From Chiloscyllium plagiosum (taxonomy: Eukaryota), in the NCBI RefSeq assembly GCF_004010195.1, contig NC_057710.1:148177548-148241547 (forward strand): DNA of 64,000 nucleotides, read 5' to 3'. The position numbers were made by a program, and so were the translations under genes. Below the pieces are notes generated by a model, which worked only from the letters and a program-made list of their open reading frames with translations, ran no database searches and was not told the origin of the DNA. Below are positions 13,860 to 25,549 of this stretch, in pieces. Numbering within the stretch: position 1 is the first letter of the stretch; each line of letters begins with the position of its first letter.

Positions 13860-14546
13860 TGAAATAACTCCACCGAGGCTGGTATCCCGTCACCAAATCA
13901 CCCTTTATTTACACACGGAGAGTCCTTGACACTGGTCCAGTTCTCTTAAAGTGAGCAGGATATCTGACACTCCTGTTCTTTTTTCTTTTCCCCTTATTAT
14001 CCCCACACTGCCGCCTAACAGCGGTAATGCTTATATTTTCCCCAGCACCCATGTCGTGTGTGCGTGGGTGTGAGACACAGTGAAAGATAATAAGGTGCTC
14101 AAATCTTTATTCAGTTTCCACCACCAGGAAGATAGGAAACACCCGAGTAGCCAGTGACAAGCAGTGCCCTTCACATTAAAGGGCAATGCTGTATGATCAG
14201 ACAGTGAAGGGGAGGGTAGGGACTAAATCAAAATAGAGTTAAAGGGGGAAATAATGCACTCCACTCCCTGCGGCGCCCACCTCTCCCTGAACAACTCCAG
14301 GGTGTTGGTGGACACCGCGTGCTCCCTCTCCAAGGACACCCGGGCTCTAACGTAACCGCGGAAGAGGGGCAGGCAGTCGGCCCTAACGACCCCCTCCTGC
14401 CTGGACCTGTTTATGGCCAGTTTGGCCAGGACACTCCTGTTCCTATCTGTCAACCAGAGCTCGCTGATTGGACCAGATTAACAGCCCCAATCAGGTAATT
14501 CATATTCAATGACACCCACCTAGCCGACTTTGTTACAATCACTACA
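13860..14546 (-). mobile_element. Short (about 223 bp net) solo LTR, itself interrupted
   Basis: TG...CA termini. 5-bp TSD CTTCC (13855-13859 / 14547-14551). CCAAT boxes in both orientations and AATAAA on the minus strand. Confidence 0.8.
13979..14429 (-). mobile_element. 5'-truncated L1/Tx1-like LINE (ORF2 C-terminus, 3' UTR, A-rich tail)
   Basis: LAKLAINRSRQ...CLPLFRGYVRARVSLE...FRERWAPQGVEC. T-rich end at 13979. 13-bp TSD GACACTCCTGTTC (13966-13978 / 14430-14442). Confidence 0.8.
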
Positions 14547-14869
14547 CTTCCTAAAGTATGGTGACCAGAACTGCACAATACTTGAAATGTGGCCTAACTG
14601 AAGTTTTATTCAGCTGCTAATATTTACGCTCAATGCCCCAAGGCAAGGACCTTTACCACCTTATCTTTGTGTGTTGTCACTTTCAGGGAGCTATGTATAT
14701 CAATGCTCCCAAAGGTCTTGTGTGATGTTGTGGCAGTTTTTTGCTCATATAACAATCAGGATGCTCAAAGTAATTATCTTCCCTTAACAAAGTTTTGTAT
14801 CAACTTGTTATTATAAATTCCTGTCTAAGTTTAATATTATGTAAATTTTCAAACCAGTAGTTACTATAA

Positions 14870-14998
14870 GGAGAAAGTGAGGACTGCAGATGCTGGAGAT
14901 CAGAGTCGAGAGTGTGGTGCTGGGAAAGCACAGCAGGTCAGGCAGCATCTGAGGAGCAGGAGAATCGAAGTTTCGGGTATAAGCCCCTCATCAGGAAT
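14870..14998 (-). mobile_element. PLE-terminus family A monomer with hammerhead core
   Basis: Minus strand reads ccUGAUGAg-gggc-uuau-accc-GAAA-cuuc. Degenerate 14-bp TSD tagttactataagg / tagttattgtaagg. Confidence 0.8.
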
Positions 14999-17769
14999 AT
15001 AGTTATTGTAAGGCAGCAAAGAGAGTGTCAAGCTATGTCACCTGCGGTCATACCATGAGCCTTCAATCAGGGCAAGGAATGTCAAGGTCTCCATTCTGGT
15101 TAACTTTATTGTTATAGAGTCATTTTAGATTGCAGGATGAAATGTTAGCAACATCAGTTGAAAACGATCCTATGAATGTCTATCTTGTTTACTATCACAG
15201 GCTGTACTTCACGCAAGTATGAACCAGATAAAAGTCAAGATTCATTCTTCCTATAATAAAGGCAAAATACTGTGGATGCTAGAAATTAAATTTGATTTTA
15301 AAACAAAGAGCTCGAAAAACTCAAGGGGTCTTGTATTATCTGTGGAGATATAAATGAAGTCAATGTCCCATATTACTCTTCAGTAAAAGAAAATTACTCC
15401 CAAAAATGATGCAGAATGAAGTCAAATGTTAATCTGTTTCTGTCTCCACAATTGCTGCCAGGATATTACTCCAGTACATTGTTTTTATTCCATTCATCCT
15501 GTGCTAGTTTTACGTACCTTTAATTCCAATCAGCCTCTGAATTCACAAGATTTTGTTGTGATGACAAAAATATATCTCCTCTCTAGATGTAGCTGATGAA
15601 TCCTGTCAGAAATCGGGGTACAAGACAGAATTGGCCTGCAAGAGGCATGCAGAAAATTGAAATATTTAAGCCTAGACTATCTGAGAGGGATTTTGCAGTG
15701 CACCTTTTTCAGTGGACTAGATTTTTCACAACCGAGACAGATAACTCAAGTCAGAATAATTCCCAACTCAGCGATTTAACGGCCCCTGTTAGACCCAATT
15801 CTTTGTTCTGAAGTGAAGCAAGTAGAATGGAGTCAGGCTAGTCAACCCCAGAAGCAGATCCTGGGCAACTATATGGGTGGGTTAGTGCCAAGGTGGGCTG
15901 GATGGAAGGTCCATTTTGGTTCCCTGGGATTTCATTCCAGTTGTTTCATAAGGTGTCAGGCCTTTTAGCCCTCATTTCTCAACATCAACCATGGCTCCAA
16001 CCATGGCTCCTCCATACCAGTTGGAAAGAGACTGCTGAACTTAAGTTTCATTCCTGTATGAGGCATGCTTCACTCGCGTTATTAGCCTTGCTGAGGACTG
16101 AACCATTTTGCTGTGAGCCAGGTAACATAACCTAGTTAGTGGTGTGCCACCAACAAGGGAACTGGAAGACTGAGTAGTGGTGGAGTAAGCACAGTGACAT
16201 TGTGAGAGCAGAAGCTATTACCATGGGGCTCAAGTCACTCTCCTAGAACTGTGCCTCACCATTCCTATGGCTCTGTGTGAGTTCAGATACCTGCATCTGG
16301 GTTCTCTCCCCACATTTTTAAAAGTCTGCAGAGTAATTCTAATTCCATGCAAATCCTATTAAATGTTTTTAGATTTGTGAGCATGTGCTTCCTGCTATTT
16401 AATTGCTATACTGAGAGACCAGATCTCACCAACATCTGGCCCTTTGGAACTGGAGGAATAGGAAACAAAGAAATACTGACATATATGTAATGCCACATAA
16501 ATACAGTGGCTACAAGAACAGGTCAGAGGTTAGGAATACTATATGGAGTAACTGTCCTCCTGACTCTTCAGAGCCTGCCCCCAAAATCTGCACATGTGCA
16601 ATCCATCTGCCTCTATGATCATTCTGAAATTTGCATTTGCTTAAAATAATGTGTCAAACTCATTCATCGTCGAAGTCAGAAGGGAATAACAGCACAATAT
16701 TTGAAGAAACCCTCCATACAGGTCTTCTCCAGTATTGCCACATGACAGGGCTACAATTTAAACTCTGCCTCTGACAACTAGCACAGCATGCTCCAATGAA
16801 AAGGACGCTCAGGTAATTTCGGCCTCCTCCGGTTACTTCATTTTATCTCATGTTGCATGATCACCTGCCTGAAGGAAGCAACTGTAAACCCTAGTGACAG
16901 CCTTGTGAGCTGTTTTGAGAATATGACTTTAATGACGGGATATTTCATGTGTATAATCTGGGACATGAGGTTTGCTGTGGGCCTGAGCTCGAGGTGGAGA
17001 TTATCTAAATTGGTGGAGAAGGAAGAAGTGTGTTGTAGCTTTGGGGGTGTGAAGAGAGGGAGAAGTATGAATGTTGTAATTAGGGAAGGCTGCAGGTGTT
17101 GCACATATGAGAAGAGAATAGTTGAAAGACGAGATTCTTGGCATTACAATACTGATGAGGTCATTAAACTGTTTCTAGCATTGCAGCCATAAGCTCCTGG
17201 CATTGACCTCCTCAATGACCTGTTCCCACTGAGAGTAGGAGTGCTGCCTGGGGGTGTATCTGAATGCTGTCCTGTCTGGAACAGGACCTCCATCACATCT
17301 GAGTAACTGGATGTCCTCTCTGAATCTCCTGCAGCTATTTTTTAACTTATAAGTAAGTTAAAAAACCTGTAAGTTTCTCAACAACTGTAGTGCCCAAACC
17401 TTTTAAGTGGTGTCAGATAGACTTGATTTCCTGCCTCCTCAAAAATATGTATCCAGTAAGCAGAGCTGGCACACGATATCGAACAATGAACACTCATTTC
17501 AAGTAATGTTTTCCAATGGCACCTGCAGGAGGCACAGTTATATTTCCAGGCTCATATTTTGTAAATAATTGTCAGTTCTAATTTTGCTTCTTGGAACTAA
17601 TAAGAACAAATTTTTGATATGACATTTAAGACAAAATACAGATTCTTTAAATGCCTAAAATAGGGAACCATGGTGATATAGTTTTCCATTGTGTCTTCCC
17701 AAGGCTTTCACATAATAGCGGTGATCATTTCTCCTTGTGTTAATTGGCATAATCTTTATTAATTATATA

Positions 17770-18295
17770 AAGCGCTGATTAGACTTCATTTAGAGCACTA
17801 TATAATTCTGGGCACCAGATCTCAGGATGAATACATTGACATGGAGGGACTGTAGCTCATATTTACCAGAATGGTACTGAGATTGAAAGGGTTAAACTAA
17901 AAAGTCACATATACTCAACATGTATTCACTTCTGTCAATGATTAAGGGGTCATATAGTTGAGATGTTATTGATTATTAAAGAAATAATAGGTTGGGTGAA
18001 AACTACTTGGGCACCAAAAAATTAAAATCAGTGGATATCAGGAACCAAACGGAAGGTTGTTCGATGACACCTCTGTGAAGTAACTTGAGATTCTTGGCTA
18101 CATGAAAGGGACTGTACAAACTGAAGTTGTCGTAATTGGATCCTTCAAAATGTAAAGTTCCCAAATTTTTGCTCACCACAGTTATGAGAAGTTATGGAGT
18201 AAATGGAGTTGAATTGCAGATCAGCCATGATCAATAGCAGAATGGCAGAATTGATTGATTCATGAGGCTTAATCAATGTCTTCTATTCCTACCTT
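17770..18295 (+). mobile_element. Old CR1-type LINE 3' fragment
   Basis: Degenerate LYKALIRLHLEH-like codons and a cagatcagccatgatc 3' UTR. Confidence 0.65.
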
Positions 18296-19467
18296 CATAA
18301 TTGTTGCAAATCACTGAAAGCTACATATTTAGTTCGTTTTAATATTTAATTGTATTGGAAATGGTAAGTATTTGTTTAAAGTAAGAAGGTCCTGAAACTT
18401 TCTTACATAATGGTACTAAGACTATATTAAAAATACAATTCAGTCTATTCATTATCCTGATAAAATCATTGAATTTGGTTTGGCTGCTGTTCTGATTGCA
18501 AATTTGTAAATTGTGGTTATTATATTTTCTGTTTGAGGTGTAAGTAATTAAACTGTAAGATGTAAAAAGTTGGTCATAACATTTCAGCACAGAACTGTGA
18601 TGTTGGTGGATAAAACAAAATATTGCACTTACAGAATCCCTGAATTTAGAAAAGTCTTTACCATTCTTTGTCCTTTGTCATCAATATTTTCGCATAGAAT
18701 TCTAATTGGAATGTGCTGCATAGCAGCTGTAATCCCTCTTTCATTGGTAGAATAATTAATGTTTGCTGTTCAATGTGTCCCTTCCATATAATATGTTCCT
18801 TGTCATGTAATACTGAAAAGTTTTAAAGGAGAGTTTTCTGTCTCTATGATTTATTCTGTTTTAGTGATGGAGGTCATCTTAGAAAACTGGTAATACTAAC
18901 TATTGGTCTGCAAGTGTATTATAGTTTGAAGGAAATTTTCACAGTATCCCAGTGCTAAAAGGTACCTTAAATCTGCTTTTTTGTGAAAAGCAGCGAGAAA
19001 TCTGAATTTGTTGCAAGTAATACCCAACGCACAGGCAAAGAAGTTCAGTGCTTGTAACAGCAAGTTACCTCTGCTTAGTTTATGCCTCAGGAGAGTTTGT
19101 CTTGGCTACTGCTTCTAGTATAAGTAAATCTCTATTATGTACTGATCAGATTAGCTGTTTATTTTAATATCATGTTTCTGATGTGCTTATCGGAAAGCCT
19201 AAAGCAAGAGTCTTGACTGTCTTGTTGCAAAACCCATGATGAGTGGATGTGTTTTAGCCAAGCTTGAGTTTTTTTTCAGGTTCTTTTTACAATGAACTTG
19301 GGGCTGGAAGCAGAGAATAGAAAATCACGTTGATGCACTTCTTTAGAACAAGCAATGAACAGACATTCCCAAAATTAAATGGAAATTTTATGTATTTTAG
19401 CCTTAAGAAAGATATCAACAGTTTTGGGCAGAGAAGCAGAGGTGGTCCCAGATGCAAGTACAGGCAA

Positions 19468-20320
19468 AACACAAGGAACAGTACAGCACAGGAACCGGCC
19501 CTTCAGCCCATCAAGCCTGCACTGACACATGATGCCTTTCTAAACTAAAAACCTTGCGATCTGTCTCCCTCTATTCTTTGCCTATTCATGTATCTCTTAG
19601 GATGCCTCTGAAAAAGTTGCTATTTTTTTTGCTTCTACAACCTCCTCTGGCATCACATTCCAAAAAAAAAGACTTGCCTCTGACCACTCTTTTAAACTTG
19701 CCCTCTTTTACCTTCAACCTATACCCCTAGTAATTGAAAAATTCCAACAATCCATTCTATCCCTGCCTCTCATACATTTGTAAACCAATATCAGGTCACC
19801 CCTCAGCTTCTGATGTTCTTGTGAAAACAAAACGTGTTTGTCCAATCCTTCCTCGTTGCTAATCAGGCATCATTCTGGTAAAACTTTCCTCCAAGGCCTC
19901 CACATCCTTACGGTAGTGAGGCGACCAAAACGGTATGCAATATTCCAAATGTGGCCTAACTAACATTCACGGCAGTTGTAACATGACTTGCCAGTTTTCA
20001 TACCCTGTGCCCCAACCAATGAAAACAAGCATGCCTTATGCCTTCTTGACCACCTTATCCACTTGTGTTGCCATTTTCAGGGAACTGTGGATCTGTATGC
20101 CTAGATCCCTCTGTATGTTAATGCTTCTCAGGGTTCTGCAATTTACTGTATACTTCCCTTCTCTGTTAGACCTTACAAAATGATCACTTCACACTCGTTC
20201 ACATTAAATTACATCTGCCATTTCTCCATCCAACTCTCCTGCTTATCTATCATCCTTTTGTATCTTCTGGTAATCCTCCTCACTTTCCCGAGCTCCACAA
20301 ACCTTTGTGTCGTCCACAAA
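19468..20320 (-). mobile_element. CR1-type LINE 3' fragment
   Basis: Same family as 10900-11796 (acagcacaggaac..ggcccttcagccc; caaatgtggcctaac). Confidence 0.85.
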
Positions 20321-21479
20321 CGTGTATCAAACAGTAGGGTACCTGTTTAGTTTTTTGCCTTTATTTCTAATTGCTGTTAAATAAATGTGTAGTGGGAACC
20401 TTTTATAGCAACTAAGTTTCAAGTTCTTTAAAACAGAATTTCAGAAATGCATCAAACAACATTTAGATTTATTACCAGTATAATATACAACAAATTCAAT
20501 TTCTTTCATTGTTCCTTTGATTAGAAATACATATGTAGGACTCTTTTGGTGCTGTGATGAAGACAGCTCAACAATAGAGATGAACAAGGAGTATACCCTT
20601 TTAAATTTATCACAGGTGCAAGATTGTTGTGTTTTCAGATGGTCACTGTCTATGTACAGTAACAAAAACAAATTTATTGGAGGTAGATCTTTGAGATCAA
20701 TTGAGATGACTATCAATTGACTTTTTATCGTACACTACAATCCATAATGCATAAACTGAAAGAAAATATCACCCCATTTGTAATGAGATGGATTTTTAAA
20801 GAAATACGCAAGTAACCTTTAATGCAATATGCTAAACACTGAGTCATTTGCATTCCATGCATATCTCCATTGTCCAGTACACAGCTCCAAATGAAAAATG
20901 GCTATTAATTATTATAGACTAAAAGAAGCAGACCACCATAGATGTGACAACTGATGTAACTGCCTCAAGGGTTAAGAAAAGTTCATATAACTAAACAATC
21001 AATTTAATTGCTTTTGGAGTGCAGTGCCAAGGCAAGAGGTTCACAGCTCACCCTGTGGTATTGGATGCTTTAAGAATATTAACAGCAGGAAAAGCTGCTG
21101 CTAGTGTTGGACTCATTTGTCTTCTTTAGTATATAAACAAGTTAATAGCTGAACAAAGAATTCTTCCGAGCATTTAGACTTGTCTTCATGGCGATCTAAA
21201 GATTACGCACACAAATCACTTTACAATGGTGCAGTAAGAGGTTTTTATATGCAATGCATTGCTCATGTCAGTAGTGACAAATGCCTGATTCTAACTTGGA
21301 GAGTTATTTAAATGGAAATATTTTATAATCCTTTTGTGTGTAATAGTCAATGTGAGAAAGAAAAGAGAGAGTTTATAAACAAATTGTCCCCACCAGAAAA
21401 GATCCTCTCCACTGGTTTCCAGATGAAACAAATGGAGAACATATTTAAAATTACAATCTTTCTTTTAATTTAACCACAG

Positions 21480-21631
21480 GGTGGAGATGAAAGAGGATTG
21501 TTAAGCCTTGCATTCCATCCCAAATATAAGAAAAATGGAAAGCTCTATGCATCTTATACCACCAACCAAGAACGATGGGCCATTGGACCACACGACCACA
21601 TTCTTCGAGTAGTCGAATACACTGTTTCCAG
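21480..21631 (+). CDS. HHIP: HHIP internal coding exon (probably exon 5)
   Basis: taaccacag|GGT...TCCAG|gtagtc. Translates GGDERGLLSLAFHPKYKKNGKLYASYTTNQERWAIGPHDHILRVVEYTVS(R), nearly identical to vertebrate HHIP. 152 nt, phase 0 to 2. Not in the ORF track. Confidence 0.97.
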
Positions 21632-22519
21632 GTAGTCCAAAAGCAATATGAGAAATTTTTGCTCCAAATGTCACACCAATATTAATTACTGAACACATGA
21701 AACAAGGCTTCATTTGTTATAAATGACAATGTAAATGCCATGATACCTGTATATAGAAAGATTATGCTATTTATTAGTTCATCAAAACAGTAACATAAGA
21801 ATTTATACTGCTTAACTTCTAAAATTCTTTAAACTGCTAATTACTGTATTTGTTGGTGAAGATAGCCAAATGCAAGAACCAAGTTACTTGGTTATAGTTA
21901 GTTTATTTCACACTGGAGTAAGTTCTAACATTAAATTATGCACCTTAATTCTGCATATCACGATAAAAGGAAGTTCACATTTTCTAATATACGGTTGACT
22001 CAGTGTTCATAACTATTTTAATTTAATTGTGGTTAGTTTTATAAATGTTTGACTATGTTATGAGATGAGAGAAAATGTTGTTCCAATTTATAGAGATGTT
22101 TAAGAACTCCATTTAAATAGTCCAGCTGAACATTAAAACATTGCTGCCATTAGGACAAAATTTTTAATTCAGACCATTACAAAGGACTATCACTATTTGG
22201 GATATTCCAACGTGTATCTGTTAACTTTAATAAATCTTTTGGAATCTGACTCTGTGAGAAGCTGGAATCAATACCAGTTTAGACATGTCATTAACTAAAG
22301 GTGAATCACCTTTAAACCAAACTGGAACATTCAAACTGTGGGATTCAGTAAACCTTCAAGAAGTATCCTTGATATAATAATCAATTATCTCACTATTCAT
22401 TATACAAGAAGGAGTATTAAAATTAAAATGAAAACGCTAAGTTCTGAGTAAAGAATTTTGAATGTGTTTAATTAAGTTGCCTAAATTGATATGTTCTTGT
22501 CCCTTTGAGTAATGAGGAC

Positions 22520-22960
22520 AGTTGTCAGCCTCGACTTGGTAGTCACACTCTTCCAACTGAGTCAGAAGGTTATGAGTTCAAGTACCACTCTGGAGCTTTA
22601 AGCAGATATTCTGGCTGATCCTTCAATTCAGTGGTGAGGGAGTACAGTACCAGCAGAGGTGCTGCCGTTTGGATAAGAGCCAAGGCACTTTGTGCTTTCA
22701 AATGGGCATCCCATGCATTATAGAAGAAAATGAAGGAATGTTTACCCAATATTCTGACAATATCTGTCTTCCCAACAAAATGAGTGGAACAGATTATTTG
22801 AACATTTATTTAGTTGCTGCTTATGGGATCTTGCTGTCACCGTCTTGACTGTCATGTGACTATACCACTGAATACACTTCAAAAATATGTTTTACTAGTT
22901 GTAAAGGATTTTGGTGCATTCTAAGGTCACGAAAGTCTCTACAAAATGCAAGTTCTTCCT
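22520..22960 (+). mobile_element. DeuSINE (SacSINE1/AmnSINE1-related) degenerate copy
   Basis: tRNA-like head (ctgagtcagaaggttatgagttcaagt), Deu-like core (aacagattatttg...ttgctgcttatgggatcttgctgt) and tail (tgtaaagga.tttgg...gaaagtctctacaaaatgcaag). Recognised by eye. Confidence 0.6.
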
Positions 22961-23389
22961 TTAATGTATTTTTCAAAGGAATGTAATTATGTATCGCTAT
23001 AAAAGACAGTGTTTTCTTGCATTCAACAGACAATTCTCAAGAATGCCAATGTAAAGGGAAACAGCATTTATACTGTATGACAAAGCTAATTAATTGACAA
23101 GTGAACTCTGGTTCGGAGAGGAATCGACACGGAATGCACCATTTAATGATGACTAACAGCTACCAAGTTTTATTTAAATTTTAAACCAGGCAGGCTAACT
23201 CAAGATATTGCCCTAAGAAATGAACCTGAGAATGGCAGTCATGTATCTTTTTGAGTTGAAAGAGATGTAGTCTGTGTTCATTCTCTTTGCATGCAAAACA
23301 CAGACCCCTGTGTATTAATGCTTTAAGCTTACAGTAGATACCCACAGATGCGCCACACTATGAACCTGACTGACAAGACTGACTTGTTG

Positions 23390-23557
23390 TTGAAAAGTGT
23401 AGTGCTGGAAAAGCACAGCAGGCCAGGCAGGAATCCTGAAATCCAGGCAGAAATGTCGATTCTCCTGCTCCTCGGATGCTGCCTGGCCTGCTGCGCTTTT
23501 CCAGCACTGCACTTTTCAACTCTGGTCTCCAGCATCTGCAGTCCTCACTTTCTCCTC
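23390..23557. mobile_element. PLE-terminus family A inverted dimer, centre deleted
   Basis: Arms gtgctggaaaagcacagcaggccaggcag / ctgcctggcctgctgcgcttttccagcac. 16-bp TSD CAAGACTGACTTGTTG (23374-23389 / 23558-23573). Confidence 0.85.
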
Positions 23558-23776
23558 CAAGACTGACTTGTTGCCAGCATACCTCTTCATGCATTCAGAA
23601 TTACTTAGCAGGATTATTTGCTATAGCGAATATTTGCTATAACTAATCAGAGTCCACTTTCCTATGAATCAACACTCATACAATTAAAAGCTGATTTTCT
23701 TTCACATTACCATTTCTTGCAAATTGTCCTGATTGAGTGCAAAGTGAAAAAAATCGACAAAATGTCTTTTTTTCAG

Positions 23777-24070
23777 CGAACTAGAGGGCATAGGTTTAGG
23801 GTGAGAGGAGAAAGATATAAAAGACACCTAAGGGGCAACTTTTTCACACAGAGTGTGGTACGTGTATGGAATGAGCTTCCAGAGGAAGTGGTGGAGGCTG
23901 GTACAATTGCACCATTTAAGAGGCATTTGGATGGGGAGATGGATAGGAAGGGTTTGGAGGGATATGGGCCGGGTGCTGGCAGGTGGGACCAGATTGGGTT
24001 GGGATATCTGGTCGGCATGGTCGGGTTTGACCGAAGGGTCTGTTTCCCTGCTGTACATCTCTATGACTCT
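23777..24070 (+). mobile_element. Young CR1/HER1 3' end, about 80 bp upstream of an HHIP exon
   Basis: RTRGHRFRVRGERYK...VWNELPEEVVEAG. Nearly identical to 9600-9880. Confidence 0.93.
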
Positions 24071-24148
24071 AATAATCATGTTCTGTACTACCAAATGACT
24101 AACTGAATGTAATTGCATTAGTAAACATAATTTTAACTTGTTACATAG

Positions 24149-24322
24149 AAAAAATGCAAATCAAGTGGATACAAGAACAGCAAAGGTATTGATTGAAGTA
24201 GCAGAGTTACACAGAAAGCATTTGGGTGGACAGCTCTTGTTTGGACCTGATGGTTTTTTGTACATCTTCCTTGGAGATGGAATGATTACTCTTGATGACA
24301 TGGAAGAGATGGATGGGTTAAG
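24149..24322 (+). CDS. HHIP: HHIP internal coding exon (probably exon 6), includes the Hedgehog-binding L2 loop
   Basis: ttacatag|A...TTAAG|gtaagt. Translates KNANQVDTRTAKVLIEVAELHRKHLGGQLLFGPDGFLYIFLGDGMITLDDMEEMDGL(S). 174 nt, phase 2 to 2. Confidence 0.98.
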
Positions 24323-24600
24323 GTAAGTAGATGATAAAATATCAAACTGTAAAATGCACATAATATTCAATAATCACAAATTAACTGTCAAAACACTTGC
24401 AATGAAGGATTTTATGTTTAATGTCCAAGTTGACATGACAAGTATCATTTGGTAATGCCAAACAGCATAATATAGATTTCTTTGATAATTTTTTCCATTA
24501 TTTCAGTTATTATAGAAAATAAGAATTGGAATACAAGAAGAGAGGGCAGTGGAGAAATTGAAATGGAGGTACTCACAAGAGAAAAATTACCCAGTTCATT

Positions 24601-25322
24601 CTTTTTATTCATTCATGGGATGTTGGCATTACTAGTCTGGCCGATATTTCTTGCCATCCCCAATTGTCCAGAGGGCAGTTAAAAGTCAACCACATTGCTG
24701 TGGGTCTGTTTATGTGTAGGTCATATGTAGGTCAGACCAGGTAAGGATGGCAGATTTCCTTCCATAAAAAACATTAGTGAACCTGATGGGTTTTTCCTGA
24801 CAATTGACAATGGTTCGAGAGTGTGGTGCTGGAAAAGCACAGCAGGTCAGGCAGCATCCGAGGAGCAGGACAATTGACTTTTCGGGCATAAGCCCTTCAT
24901 CAGGAATGACCCTCATTCCTAATGAAGGGCTTATGCCCGAAAAGTTGACTCTCCTGCTCCTCGGATGCTGCCTGACTTGCTGTGCTTGTCCAGCACCACA
25001 CTTTTTGACATTGACATGAAACCTTTGTCAATTATGAGAAAGTGAGGAACTGCAGATGCTGGAGATCAGAGTCAAGAATATGGTGCTTGTAAAGCATAGC
25101 TGGTCAGGTTGCATCCAAGGAGCAGGAGAATCGATGTTTCGGGCATAAGCTCTTCATCAGGAATGGTTTCATAGTCATCATTAGACTCTTATTTCTCGAT
25201 TATTATTGAATTTAAATTCCACCATCTGCCTTGGTGGGATTCGAATGCAGGTTACAAGAACATTAGCTGGGTCTCTGGATTAATAGTCTAGCAATAATAC
25301 TACTATGCTATCATCTACCATC
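24601..25322 (-). mobile_element. Second tRNA-derived SINE family, interrupted by a three-unit family A array (24815-25164)
   Basis: Minus-strand head (tagactattaatccagagaccc...ttcgaatcccacc) and tail catcccatgaatgaataa. Another copy lies at 63655-63960. Confidence 0.7.
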
Positions 25323-25549
25323 TGAAATAGAATTTATCCAAGGTTGTTCAGGGATGTAATAGTGGAAACTGTGAAGCCTCTTCTCAAAATCTTCTAATAA
25401 TCCTTGGATATTGGTGCGAGAGGACTGAAGGATTGCCAAAGTTACATCTAATTTATATTTTTAAAAAATGATTAAAACAGGCAATTACAGGCAGGTCAGT
25501 TTAAATCGATTGGGAAACTAGATATTTGGAAGTGGGTCAGGAACCCATT

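Larger units (their letters stand above)
13700..14720 (-). mobile_element. CR1 fragment split by a solo LTR
   Basis: LERVQRRFTRLLPGLE on the minus strand. The sequence rejoins as atccttcc|taaagtatggtgaccagaactg once 13860-14551 is removed. Confidence 0.85.

Noticed and set aside
20931-20939. GLI-like motif gaccaccat (also tgggtggct at 60505-60513)
   Set aside because: Only partial matches to GACCACCCA, expected by chance in 64 kb, and there is no conservation data.
1-21479. Search for the preceding HHIP exon (LFILEKEG-type motif)
   Set aside because: Not found by eye. It probably lies upstream of the window. VLLEKDK near 163 lacks further similarity.
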